Under the pieces are notes generated by a model. It worked only from the letters and a program-made list of their open reading frames with translations. It was not told the DNA's origin and searched no databases. Below, piece by piece: positions 39,248-48,056 of a stretch of DNA of 64,000 bases. A program made the position numbers and the translations under genes. The stretch is from an uncultured Anaerolinea sp. (GTDB lineage Bacteria > Chloroflexota > Anaerolineae > Anaerolineales > UBA4823): assembly GCA_964503625.1 (NCBI GenBank), contig CAZDAU010000002.1:32768-96767 (forward strand). Direction: 5' to 3'. Within the stretch, counting starts at the first letter, position 1; each line of letters begins with the position of its first letter.

Positions 39248-40204
39248 ATGCCCACTGTCCTTGTATCTGCCCCTTACATGATCCCTGTGATCGACCGCTA
39301 CCGACCGTTATTGGAAAGCTATGGAATTGAGCTGGTCATTGCGCCGGTGAAAGAGCGCTTGAACGAAGAGGCGCTGCTTGCCCTGGCGGGCACCTTTGAT
39401 GGCACGCTTTGCGGCGACGACCGCTACACCGAGCGTGTCCTGGAAGCCTGCGCCCCGCGACTGAAGGTGATCTCCAAGTGGGGTACAGGCATCGATTCGA
39501 TTGACCAGCAAGCCTGCAACCGCCTGGGGATTATGATTGGGCGCACGCCCAATGCGTTCACGTTGCCCGTCGCCGATACAATCTTTGGCTATATGCTGGC
39601 TTTTGCTCGCCGCCAGCCGTGGATGGATCGCGCTATGAAGAGCGGCGTCTGGGATAAACTGCCCGGGCGCTCCCTGAGCGAGTGCACGTTAGGTGTGGTT
39701 GGCGTGGGAAACATTGGCAAGGCGGTCATCCGCCGGGGGCGCGCCTTCGGTATGCACATCCTGGGCAACGATATCGTCGAGATTGCACCGGATTTCATCC
39801 GCGAAAACGAATTTGAGATGACCACCCTGGATGACCTGCTGAGCCGCTCGGACTTTGTCAGCCTGAGTTGTGACCTGAACCCAACCAGCTTCCATTTGAT
39901 GAACTCCCGCACCTTTGCCTTGATGCAACCCACAGCGATCCTGATCAATGCAGCGCGCGGGCCGGTTGTGGATGAGAAGGCGCTGGTCGCGGCTTTACAG
40001 GGTGGCGTCATTGCCGGGGCCGCTCTGGATGTGTATGAGACAGAGCCGTTGCCGGTGGACAGCCCGCTCATGAAGATGGACAACGTATTGCTGGCGCCGC
40101 ACAACGCCAATTCCAGCCCAGCAGCCTGGGAGCGCGTGCATCGCAACACGGTGCGCAACCTGCTGATTGGGCTGGGCTTCAAACCTCCTGAAAAGATAGC
40201 TTAG
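39248..40204 (+). CDS. D-isomer-specific 2-hydroxyacid dehydrogenase (phosphoglycerate-dehydrogenase-like)
   Basis: LGVVGVGNIGKAVIRRGRAFGMHILGND (NAD motif), LINAARGPVVDEKAL and LDVYETEP...LLAPHNA. Confidence 0.85.
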   Translation: MPTVLVSAPYMIPVIDRYRPLLESYGIELVIAPVKERLNEEALLALAGTFDGTLCGDDRYTERVLEACAPRLKVISKWGTGIDSIDQQACNRLGIMIGRTPNAFTLPVADTIFGYMLAFARRQPWMDRAMKSGVWDKLPGRSLSECTLGVVGVGNIGKAVIRRGRAFGMHILGNDIVEIAPDFIRENEFEMTTLDDLLSRSDFVSLSCDLNPTSFHLMNSRTFALMQPTAILINAARGPVVDEKALVAALQGGVIAGAALDVYETEPLPVDSPLMKMDNVLLAPHNANSSPAAWERVHRNTVRNLLIGLGFKPPEKIA

Positions 40205-40371
40205 CGTTCTGTCCAGTTTGCTGCCAGAATTTGGCAACCTCACCGACGGAAATCTTCGAGCTTTGTTCAGGCTGCTGGGCAATTGATATCGAACCTTGCT
40301 CAATGGATGGACAAAGCAACAGCCCGGCTGCTTTTGAAGGCCTGGCAACCGGATCACAGAAAGAGGAATAC

Positions 40372-41145
40372 ATGCCAGAACATGACATCAACCCACGGAC
40401 GATGTTGATCACCGGCGCGGCGGGGGGCATTGGCCGGGCAACCGTCCATCTTTTTGCCCAAAAGGGCTGGCGGGTGATTGGCGTGGATCGTTCTCCTTTT
40501 GGCGATGACTTTCCAGCCAATGGCCTGTTTATCCAATCGGATATTTCAGTTGGCGAGAACCTGGAATCCATTTTCCGCCAGGCCCGGGGATTCACCGACC
40601 GGCTTCACACCCTGGTGAACAATGCCGCCGTGCAGATCGCCAAGCCCTTGGTGGAGACCAGCGTGGCCGAATGGGACGCTGTAATGGCCTCCAATCTGCG
40701 CTCGGTCTTTCTGGGTATCAAGCTGGCGCATCCACTGCTGCTGGCTGCTGGCGGAGGCGCGATTGTCAATGTCTCATCAGTCCACGCCATTGCCACCTCA
40801 GCCAATATCGCTGCCTATGCCGCCAGTAAGGGCGGCCTGTTGGCGCTGACCCGGGCAGTTGCAATTGAGTTTGCTGCTGACAACATCCGCTGCAACGCCA
40901 TTCTGCCCGGTGCAGTGGATACCCCCATGTTGCGCGCGGGTCTGAATCGCGGCCATGTCAGCGGGGATGATATCCTGCAGCGGCTGGACAACCTGGCCCG
41001 CAAGACGGTCAATGGGAGGGTGGGGCAGCCGGTGGAGATCGCTCATGCGATCTACTTTCTGGCAGATCACGACCAATCTTCCTTCATGACCGGCCAGGCT
41101 CTGGTGGTGGATGGCGGCGCTACCGCACGGCTGAGCACGGAATAG
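40372..41145 (+). CDS. Short-chain dehydrogenase/reductase (SDR)
   Basis: The ATG at 40372 follows an AAGAGGA Shine-Dalgarno. MLITGAAGGIGRA, NNAA, SSVHA and YAASKGG. The ORF-track start 40231 would run through a 168-nt spacer. Confidence 0.85.
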   Translation: MPEHDINPRTMLITGAAGGIGRATVHLFAQKGWRVIGVDRSPFGDDFPANGLFIQSDISVGENLESIFRQARGFTDRLHTLVNNAAVQIAKPLVETSVAEWDAVMASNLRSVFLGIKLAHPLLLAAGGGAIVNVSSVHAIATSANIAAYAASKGGLLALTRAVAIEFAADNIRCNAILPGAVDTPMLRAGLNRGHVSGDDILQRLDNLARKTVNGRVGQPVEIAHAIYFLADHDQSSFMTGQALVVDGGATARLSTE

Positions 41146-41170
41146 TCTTGCAGCAATTGCCAGGAAGGAT

Positions 41171-41983
41171 ATGGCTGAAATCAAAGAGACTCTGAAGCGT
41201 GTCACCCCGCGCCCGATCTGGCAGGCTGCCCGCAGCGCCTGGAATGGCCTGCAGAACGCTGCGCTCTGGCCCGAAGCGACCTTTCATCCCTGGCGGCGCG
41301 CCAGCATCCGTCGCCTGGGCGAATTGAAAGACATCCATCGCGGCCAGCGTTGTTTTATCATCGGCAACGGGCCAAGCCTGAAACAGACCGATCTGACATT
41401 GCTCAAAGACGAATTCACCTTTGGGATGAATCGCATCTACCTTGGCTTCCCAGAGATGGGTTTTCAGACCACTTATTTCCTCACGGTCAACAGCCTGGTG
41501 ATCGAACAGTGTGCAGAGGACATTCGTTCCCTGACCATGCCGCGCTTTGTCTGCTGGCGCTCACACCGGTTGATTGGCACGGCTCCGGACCTGAATTTCC
41601 TGCACACCACTTACACCGGGCCAAAATTTGCCACCGATGCCCGCGGCCGCCTGTGGGAGAGCGCAACCGTCACTTATGTGGCGTTGCAACTGGCTTACCA
41701 CATGGGCTTTGAAAAAGTCATCCTGATTGGCGTTGACCATAGTTACTCTGCCCAGGGCAAGCCTAACACCACGGTTGTTTCGCAAGGCGACGACCGTGAT
41801 CACTTTAATCCCAGTTATTTTGGTAAGGGCTTTCGCTGGCAGCTGCCCGACCTGGAAACCTCTGAGCGCGGTTATCATATGGCGCGCCAGGCCTATGAAA
41901 AAGCTGGCCGCCAGGTGCTGGATGCCACCATTGGAGGAAAACTAACAATCTTCCCCAAGGTGGATTACAAAACCCTGTTCTGA
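41171..41983 (+). CDS. DUF115/Maf-like or GT42-like putative nonulosonic-acid transferase
   Basis: CFIIGNGPSLKQTDLTLLKDEFTFGMNRIY. The GNGPSL motif is shared by Campylobacter Cst sialyltransferases (GT42) and motility-associated-factor/DUF115 proteins. Confidence 0.55.
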   Translation: MAEIKETLKRVTPRPIWQAARSAWNGLQNAALWPEATFHPWRRASIRRLGELKDIHRGQRCFIIGNGPSLKQTDLTLLKDEFTFGMNRIYLGFPEMGFQTTYFLTVNSLVIEQCAEDIRSLTMPRFVCWRSHRLIGTAPDLNFLHTTYTGPKFATDARGRLWESATVTYVALQLAYHMGFEKVILIGVDHSYSAQGKPNTTVVSQGDDRDHFNPSYFGKGFRWQLPDLETSERGYHMARQAYEKAGRQVLDATIGGKLTIFPKVDYKTLF

Positions 41984-41989
41984 AAGCCA

Positions 41990-43594
41990 ATGCCCGGGAT
42001 GACACCGCCTTTGTTGAAGAATCTCTTTGCGTGGGGTGTGATTGCTCTGCTGGTCTTGGGTGCAGCCCTGCGTTTGTACGACCTGACCGATCAACCGATC
42101 GATTTCCATGCCACGCGCCAGTTGCGTGGCGCCATCGTCGCCCGCGGCATGTACTATCAGATGCTCCCCGATGCTGACCCGGCCATGCGCCAGCGGGCGC
42201 AGGCTTACTCAGATTCCACCGGCCAGTATGAGCCCCCGATCTTAGAGGGGATTGTCGCTGCAACCTACTTTCTCCTTGGTTATGAAGCCTTTTGGATTGC
42301 CCGCATCTACAACACGCTGTTCTGGCTGGTTGGTGCTCTGGCGGTTTTTCTTCTGGCGAAGCGCATGGCTCTCTCGGCGGGCGCGTCTGATGGCGATCCC
42401 TCCAGCCTTGCCCTGGTCTGGGTTCCTGCGTTGGTTTCCCTGGCCTATGTCCTGGTCCTTCCTTTCGGCGTCCAGGCCAGCCGCTCTTTCCAGCCCGACC
42501 CGGCGATGACCATGTGGCTCAGTCTCTCGGCGCTGGCGCTTTACCGCTGGTCGGAGGAGCAGGGGCAGCCGAAGCCTGGATGGAAATGGACTCTGCTGGC
42601 TGGATTGTTCTCTGGCCTGGCTGTGTTGACCAAGGCAGTGGCAATTTTTATTATTGGCGGCGCATTTCTGGCGCTGGCCCTGCATGCCCATTTGACCTCT
42701 GGTAAACCGTCCATGGCTGCCTCCCTGATGAAACTGTTGCGCTCTCCCCGGGTTTGGGTCATCGGGCTTTTGATGGTGGCCCCGACCGCGATCTATTATT
42801 TCTCTCGCCAGGGGAGGGCGGCGGAATATTTTTCAACCTGGACGCTCTCACTTTCTCACTTGCTGATTCAGCCGCGCTTTTACCTGGGCTGGCTGAATCT
42901 GGTGCAGGAGTTGCTCACCCCGGTTGCTCTCCTGGCGGCTCTGGCGGGCGTCTGGATGGCGCGCGGGCGGAATCGCTGGCTTCTGGCTGGCCTGTGGGCC
43001 GGCTATCTGGTTTACGGTCTGTTCTTGCCTTATCAGATGGATACCCACAGCTACTATCACTTGATGCTGGTGCCGATTGTTGCCCTTTCGCTTGTCCCGT
43101 TGGCGCAGCGCGTGGTCCGTTTTTTGCTCACAAAGTCGCGCCTGTGGCAGGCCTCAGCAGCGGGGTTGGCTGTGCTGGCACTGGCTTTTCTGTCCTGGCA
43201 GGCGCTCATCCCCCTCTATTCCCAGGATTACCGTGATGAGCCGGCTTACTGGCAGGAAATTGCTTCCCACCTGCCAGCGGACGGCAAAATCATCGCCCTG
43301 ACTCAGGACTACGGTTATCGACTGATGTATTATGGCTGGCGCAAAGTGACCCTTTGGCCTAACCGTGGCGAGATCCGCCTGAACAATTTGCGCGGCAGCA
43401 GCAAAGAGTTTGATCAATTCTTTGCCAAGCGCACCCAAGATAAAAGCTATTTCCTGATCACGGCCTTCCGGCAGTATGAAGATCAGCCGGCGCTTCAGCA
43501 AACCCTTAGCCAGCGATATCCGATTCTGGTTCAAACGCCGGGTTATATCATCTTTGACCTGACCCGCCCTCTTCAGGCTGGAGCTGCGCCATGA
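41990..43594 (+). CDS. GT-C-fold membrane glycosyltransferase (ArnT/PMT, GT39/GT83-like)
   Basis: 534 aa. N-terminal ALRLYDLTDQPIDFHATRQLRGAIVARGMYY, then more than 10 TM segments and a soluble C-terminal domain. Confidence 0.6.
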   Translation: MPGMTPPLLKNLFAWGVIALLVLGAALRLYDLTDQPIDFHATRQLRGAIVARGMYYQMLPDADPAMRQRAQAYSDSTGQYEPPILEGIVAATYFLLGYEAFWIARIYNTLFWLVGALAVFLLAKRMALSAGASDGDPSSLALVWVPALVSLAYVLVLPFGVQASRSFQPDPAMTMWLSLSALALYRWSEEQGQPKPGWKWTLLAGLFSGLAVLTKAVAIFIIGGAFLALALHAHLTSGKPSMAASLMKLLRSPRVWVIGLLMVAPTAIYYFSRQGRAAEYFSTWTLSLSHLLIQPRFYLGWLNLVQELLTPVALLAALAGVWMARGRNRWLLAGLWAGYLVYGLFLPYQMDTHSYYHLMLVPIVALSLVPLAQRVVRFLLTKSRLWQASAAGLAVLALAFLSWQALIPLYSQDYRDEPAYWQEIASHLPADGKIIALTQDYGYRLMYYGWRKVTLWPNRGEIRLNNLRGSSKEFDQFFAKRTQDKSYFLITAFRQYEDQPALQQTLSQRYPILVQTPGYIIFDLTRPLQAGAAP

Positions 43595-44670
43595 ACTCAC
43601 TCTTTGACAGCCGGAAGAGTCTGGAATCGCGCGGCGCACTGGTTTCCATTGTCACCCCTTCCTTCAATCAGGCGGATTACCTGGAACAGACCATACAGTC
43701 CGTCCTGGCTCAGGACTATCCCCGGATTGAATACATCATTGTGGATGGCGCTTCCACAGATGGCAGCGTGGAGATTATTAAGCGCTATGATGACCGGTTA
43801 GCCTGGTGGGTCTCGGAGCCGGATCGCGGCCAGGCTGATGCAATTAACAAAGGGTTGCAACGAGCCAACGGTGAGATTGTCGCCTGGCTTAATTCCGATG
43901 ATCTGTACCTGCCTGGCGCGGTGGAGCGCGCTGTGGCTGCCCTGCAAGCCAATCCTGCCATGGGTTTGGTCTATGGCGATGCGCTGACCATTGATTCGCA
44001 AGGCCGGCCAATTCACCCGCTGGTGTTTGGGAAATGGGGCCTGGCTGAGCTGATCCGCTTTCGGATTATCTGTCAGCCGGCGGTGTTCATGCGCCGCTCG
44101 ATTCTGGAGCAGGCCGGTTATCTGGATCCGTCTTACCACATGATGCTGGATCATCACCTGTGGATTCGCATGGCGCTAAAATCGCCAGTCCAATACATTG
44201 GCCAATCTGGGATATTTGTCCCTATGGCCGCGGCGCGCCATCATCCCCAGGCGAAGAACGCCTCCCAGCCGGAGAAATTCGCCCAGGAGACTCTGCGAGT
44301 GTTGACCTGGATGCAGGAACAGCCCGAATTGCAGACGCTCATCCTGCAAGGGCGCAGGCAGGTCAGGGGGGGCGCCTATCGCCTGGTGGGGCGGTATTTG
44401 TTGGATAGCGGCTCTTATGCCGGCTCGCTGCGCGCCTATCGCCAGGCGCTTCTGGCCTGGCCGTCTTACACCCTCAAACACTGGCGCCGTATCCTCTACG
44501 CTGCACTCAGTTTGGCGGGATTGTCAGATCCCCTGGATCGCATGCGCGAGCGAGATTTGATTCGCCAGCGCGCTCGCCTGGTTGAACAGCTCAAAAATCT
44601 GTCGCCAGGATTATCCGGCGCAGCTTTTGGGCCAGACCTGGCGCACTGGCCTGGGTTATGTCTCCAGTGA
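43591..44670 (+). CDS. Glycosyltransferase family 2
   Basis: VSIVTPSFNQADYLEQTIQSVLAQDYPRIEYIIVDGASTDGS...AWLNSDDLYLPGA. ATGA overlap upstream. Paralog of 45619..46416. Confidence 0.88.
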   Translation: MNSLFDSRKSLESRGALVSIVTPSFNQADYLEQTIQSVLAQDYPRIEYIIVDGASTDGSVEIIKRYDDRLAWWVSEPDRGQADAINKGLQRANGEIVAWLNSDDLYLPGAVERAVAALQANPAMGLVYGDALTIDSQGRPIHPLVFGKWGLAELIRFRIICQPAVFMRRSILEQAGYLDPSYHMMLDHHLWIRMALKSPVQYIGQSGIFVPMAAARHHPQAKNASQPEKFAQETLRVLTWMQEQPELQTLILQGRRQVRGGAYRLVGRYLLDSGSYAGSLRAYRQALLAWPSYTLKHWRRILYAALSLAGLSDPLDRMRERDLIRQRARLVEQLKNLSPGLSGAAFGPDLAHWPGLCLQ

Positions 44671-45614
44671 CCGGTCTCCCATCTGACTCAACGCCGATCC
44701 TGGTGACGGGGGCTCACCGCACTGGAACCACCTGGGTGGGTAAGATGCTGGCAGCAAACTCACAGGCGGCGTACATCAGCGAGCCGCTGAACATCTGGCA
44801 TCGCCAAGGCGTACTGCGCGCCCCGGTGCAACATTGGTATACCTACATCTGCCCGCAGAATGAGACTCAATACCTGTCCGCTTTCCAGCAGACATTGGGC
44901 TTTCGCTATCATTTGCTGGCGGAAATTTTATCCTTGCGGTCACTCAAAGACGCTGGCCGCATGGGGCGTGATGTTGGCATCTTCTTGGGCGGTCGAGTGC
45001 GCCGCAAGCGCCCGCTGCTCAAAGATCCCTTTGCGGTTTTCTCGGCCCCCTGGTTCGCCGGGCGCTTGAACTGCCAGGTGGTGATCACTGTGCGCCACCC
45101 GGCGGCATTTGCCAGCAGCCTCAAGAGGCTGGATTGGCCTTTTGATTTCAATCACTTGCTATCGCAGCCCTTGCTGATGCAAGATTGGCTCGAGCCTTAT
45201 CGAGACCTGATGCTGCAGATGTCACAGGCATCAACTGGAGGGGATGTCATTGATCAGGCCAGCTTGCTGTGGCGCATGGTCTACCAGGTTGTGGAAAGTT
45301 ACTGCAAGAAGTACCCACAGTTTAAAGTTGTGCGACACGAGGACCTTTCGTTGGACCCGCTGGGCGGCTTTCAGCAGCTCTATGCCAGCCTGGGATTAAA
45401 GTTCACCCCCCAAGTCCAAGAAAATATCCTGGCTGCCAGCAGTTCAGACAACCCCCATGAACTGTCCAGCCGATCGGTGCATTCGGTGCGCCTGGACAGC
45501 CGGGCCAACCTGCACAATTGGAGACGACGCCTGACCGGTGATGAAATTAACCGGGTGCGCCGCCTGACCGAAGAAACGGCTGGCCTCTTTTACCCAGAGA
45601 TGGATTGGGAGTAG
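44658..45614 (+). CDS. Sulfotransferase (ST5)
   Basis: [19 protein letters not shown] (PAPS loop), [18 protein letters not shown] and [11 protein letters not shown]. Confidence 0.75.
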   Translation: MSPVTGLPSDSTPILVTGAHRTGTTWVGKMLAANSQAAYISEPLNIWHRQGVLRAPVQHWYTYICPQNETQYLSAFQQTLGFRYHLLAEILSLRSLKDAGRMGRDVGIFLGGRVRRKRPLLKDPFAVFSAPWFAGRLNCQVVITVRHPAAFASSLKRLDWPFDFNHLLSQPLLMQDWLEPYRDLMLQMSQASTGGDVIDQASLLWRMVYQVVESYCKKYPQFKVVRHEDLSLDPLGGFQQLYASLGLKFTPQVQENILAASSSDNPHELSSRSVHSVRLDSRANLHNWRRRLTGDEINRVRRLTEETAGLFYPEMDWE

Positions 45615-45618
45615 CTGC

Positions 45619-46416
45619 ATGGCTGTTGCCTCCTCAACTCCGATGCCGTTAGTCTCGATTGTCACCCCCTCATACAACCAGGCGCGGTTTCTGGAGATAA
45701 CGATCCGCTCGGTGTTAGAGCAAGATTACCCCAACCTGGAATATATCGTTGTCGATGGCGGTTCGACTGACGGCAGCCGGGAGATCATCGAACGCTACGC
45801 TGACCGGCTGTCTTGGTGGGTCTCGGAGCGCGATCAAGGCCAGACGGATGCGATAAACAAGGGTTTTGCTCGCGCCCAGGGTGAAATCCTGGCCTGGCTG
45901 AACTCCGATGACACCTACCAACCCCAGGCGATCTCCCAGGCAGTGGCTTTCCTGCAGGCGAATCCTGAGGTGGGGTTGGTCTATGGGGACGCAAACTTGA
46001 TCGATGAGTCTGGGCGGGTGATTGGCAAATTCCCGGCCCGGCAGACAAGCTACCAAAGATTGAGACGTGGTTATGTGCATATCCCGCAGCAAGCCGCATT
46101 TTTTCGGGCCAGCCTTTGGCGGCAGGTCGGCCCGCTTGACCCGACCTTCTATTTTGCCATGGATTACGACCTGTGGGTCAGACTGGCCCGCCTTGCGCCG
46201 ATTCAATACGAGCCCCGTCTATGGGCAAATTTTCGCCTGCACGATACTGGCAAGTCGGTGGTTGCCGACGACCGTTGCTGGCCGGAGATGCTGCGCGTCC
46301 ACTGGCGTGATGGGGGTAGCTGGTTTTCCTGGTTGGTATTTAAAGCGAAGATCAGGCCGCTGGTGTATGCCTGGCTGCCGCTGCGCTTGCGGCTCAGGTT
46401 GAGGCGTATGCTATAA
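45619..46416 (+). CDS. Glycosyltransferase family 2
   Basis: [42 protein letters not shown]...[13 protein letters not shown]. Confidence 0.88.
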   Translation: MAVASSTPMPLVSIVTPSYNQARFLEITIRSVLEQDYPNLEYIVVDGGSTDGSREIIERYADRLSWWVSERDQGQTDAINKGFARAQGEILAWLNSDDTYQPQAISQAVAFLQANPEVGLVYGDANLIDESGRVIGKFPARQTSYQRLRRGYVHIPQQAAFFRASLWRQVGPLDPTFYFAMDYDLWVRLARLAPIQYEPRLWANFRLHDTGKSVVADDRCWPEMLRVHWRDGGSWFSWLVFKAKIRPLVYAWLPLRLRLRLRRML

Positions 46417-46417
46417 T
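46409..46417 (+). promoter_or_regulatory. Extended -10 promoter element TGCTATAAT upstream of the second wzm/wzt pair
   Basis: Exact TGCTATAAT overlapping the last codons and stop of the GT2 gene, 10 nt before the wzm copy-2 start. Confidence 0.4.
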
Positions 46418-46426
46418 CAGCCCGCT

Positions 46427-47269
46427 GTGGACATAAAGCCTATGAGTAAAATCGACTCACTTAAAATATATGATTCCTCCCAGCGCGGCTTGCCGGCCAT
46501 GGAGGAGCTGCTTGAGTTGTTTCGCTATCGCAATCTCGTCTTCCAGACGGTGCGGCGCAACATTGTTGTGCGCTACAAACGCTCGGTCTTGGGGATTGCC
46601 TGGACGATGCTCAACCCGCTGGGCACCACCCTGATCTTGACTTTTGTCTTCTCTGGGGTGTTTGGGGGTCCCGCCAGCTATTCAGTTTATGTGTTGAGCG
46701 GCCTGATCTGCTGGACGTTTTTTTCCCAGGCCACCAATGACGCCATGCATAATCTGATCTGGGGAGGGGGCTTGCTCAAGCGCATTTATATCCCCCGCAC
46801 GGTGTTTGCGGTTTCTTCCGTCGCCACCGGGTTGGTGAATATGACCCTGGCCCTGGTGCCTTTGCTGGTCATCATGATGCTCACCAGCGTCACACCGCAA
46901 TGGAGCATGTTAATCCTGCCGGTCCCAGCTCTTTTCCTGGCTATGTTCGCCCTTGGAGTTGGCCTGCTGCTTTCAGCCATTGCCATTTACTTCACCGATG
47001 TGACCGAGATGTACACCATCCTCCTGATGGCCTGGTTTTACCTGAGTCCGGTAATTTACATGAAGGAATTCTTGCCCGAAGACTATGCCTGGATTGTCCA
47101 GCTAAATCCAATGTATTACTTGATTAACCTGTTTCGAGCGCCTATCTATGATGGCAGGGTGCCCAGTCTTCAGGAATTCCTGGTGTCTGGTGCGATCGCG
47201 GTTATAACGCTTTTGATTGGCTGGTTTGTCTTTTCCCAAAAGGCAGATGAGTTCGCTTACCGTGTCTGA
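46427..47269 (+). CDS. wzm: Polysaccharide ABC-2 exporter permease (Wzm type), copy 2
   Basis: LVFQTVRRNIVVRYKRSVLGIAWTMLNPLGTTLILTFVF. Six TM segments. GTG start at 46427 or ATG at 46442. Confidence 0.88.
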   Translation: MDIKPMSKIDSLKIYDSSQRGLPAMEELLELFRYRNLVFQTVRRNIVVRYKRSVLGIAWTMLNPLGTTLILTFVFSGVFGGPASYSVYVLSGLICWTFFSQATNDAMHNLIWGGGLLKRIYIPRTVFAVSSVATGLVNMTLALVPLLVIMMLTSVTPQWSMLILPVPALFLAMFALGVGLLLSAIAIYFTDVTEMYTILLMAWFYLSPVIYMKEFLPEDYAWIVQLNPMYYLINLFRAPIYDGRVPSLQEFLVSGAIAVITLLIGWFVFSQKADEFAYRV

Positions 47270-48053
47270 AAACTTGAAGGCTGCTTCGCTCAGCGCGCCG
47301 GATCTCCCAAACAGGCCCGGGACCGAAGCTGTGCTCCTGGAGCAGGTAGGTGTGTGCTATCGCGCCCCAAGCGAGCGCATTCACTCCATCAAGGAGTACG
47401 CCATCCGTTGGGTGCAGGGCAAGATTAAGCACCGCGAATTCTGGGCTTTGAAGGATGTGAACTTATCTGTGGCGCAGGGAGAATCACTTGGCTTAATTGG
47501 CCACAATGGCGCCGGGAAGAGTACGCTGTTGAAGCTCATTGCGCGCGTGTTGCGCCCAACGCAAGGCCGTGTCCGAGTGCGTGGCAATGTTGCCCCCCTG
47601 CTCGAATTTGGTGCTGGCTTTCATCCTGAGCTCACCGGTCGTGAGAACGTCTATCTGAACGGCGCGCTGTTGGGTTTTAGCCGTAAAGAAATGGATGAAA
47701 AATTTCATCGCATTGTTGATTTTTCTGAGCTGTGGGATTTTATAGATGCTCCCATGCGCACCTATTCGTCCGGCATGTGGGCGCGCCTGGGCTTTGCGGT
47801 TGCCACCGACATCAAGCCAGATATCCTGATCATTGACGAAGTGCTTTCGGTGGGGGATGAAGCCTTTCAGCGCAAGAGCGCCGCTCGTATGCAGGAATTT
47901 CGCGATCAGGGTGCCACAATCTTGCTGGTCTCGCATAGTATGGAAGTGATCCTAAGTATGTGCCACCGTGCCGCCTGGCTGGATCATGGGCAGCTGAAGG
48001 CAGTTGGCGAACCTGAAGTTGTCATTCAGGCATACCGCCAGAGCCAGGCTTAA
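47247..48053 (+). CDS. wzt: Polysaccharide ABC exporter ATPase (Wzt/TagH type, no C-terminal binding domain), copy 2
   Basis: Walker A GHNGAGKST, signature YSSGMWARLGFA, Walker B ILIIDE. Only 268 aa, so it is a nucleotide-binding domain alone. Confidence 0.9.
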   Translation: MSSLTVSENLKAASLSAPDLPNRPGTEAVLLEQVGVCYRAPSERIHSIKEYAIRWVQGKIKHREFWALKDVNLSVAQGESLGLIGHNGAGKSTLLKLIARVLRPTQGRVRVRGNVAPLLEFGAGFHPELTGRENVYLNGALLGFSRKEMDEKFHRIVDFSELWDFIDAPMRTYSSGMWARLGFAVATDIKPDILIIDEVLSVGDEAFQRKSAARMQEFRDQGATILLVSHSMEVILSMCHRAAWLDHGQLKAVGEPEVVIQAYRQSQA

Positions 48054-48056
48054 TCT

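Noticed and set aside
40222-40236. Inverted repeat TGCCA-GAATT-TGGCA just after the 2-hydroxyacid dehydrogenase stop, considered as a sigma-54 promoter (TGGCA) or an intrinsic terminator.
   Set aside because: - No TTGC element at the correct 5-nt spacing for a sigma-54 -12 box.
- The stem is only 5-6 bp with no U-tract.
- Too weak to call either feature.
40340-40352. Palindrome CAGCCCGGCTG followed by CTTTTG in the spacer before the SDR gene, considered as a terminator.
   Set aside because: - The stem would be only 4 bp with a 3-nt loop.
- Not thermodynamically convincing.
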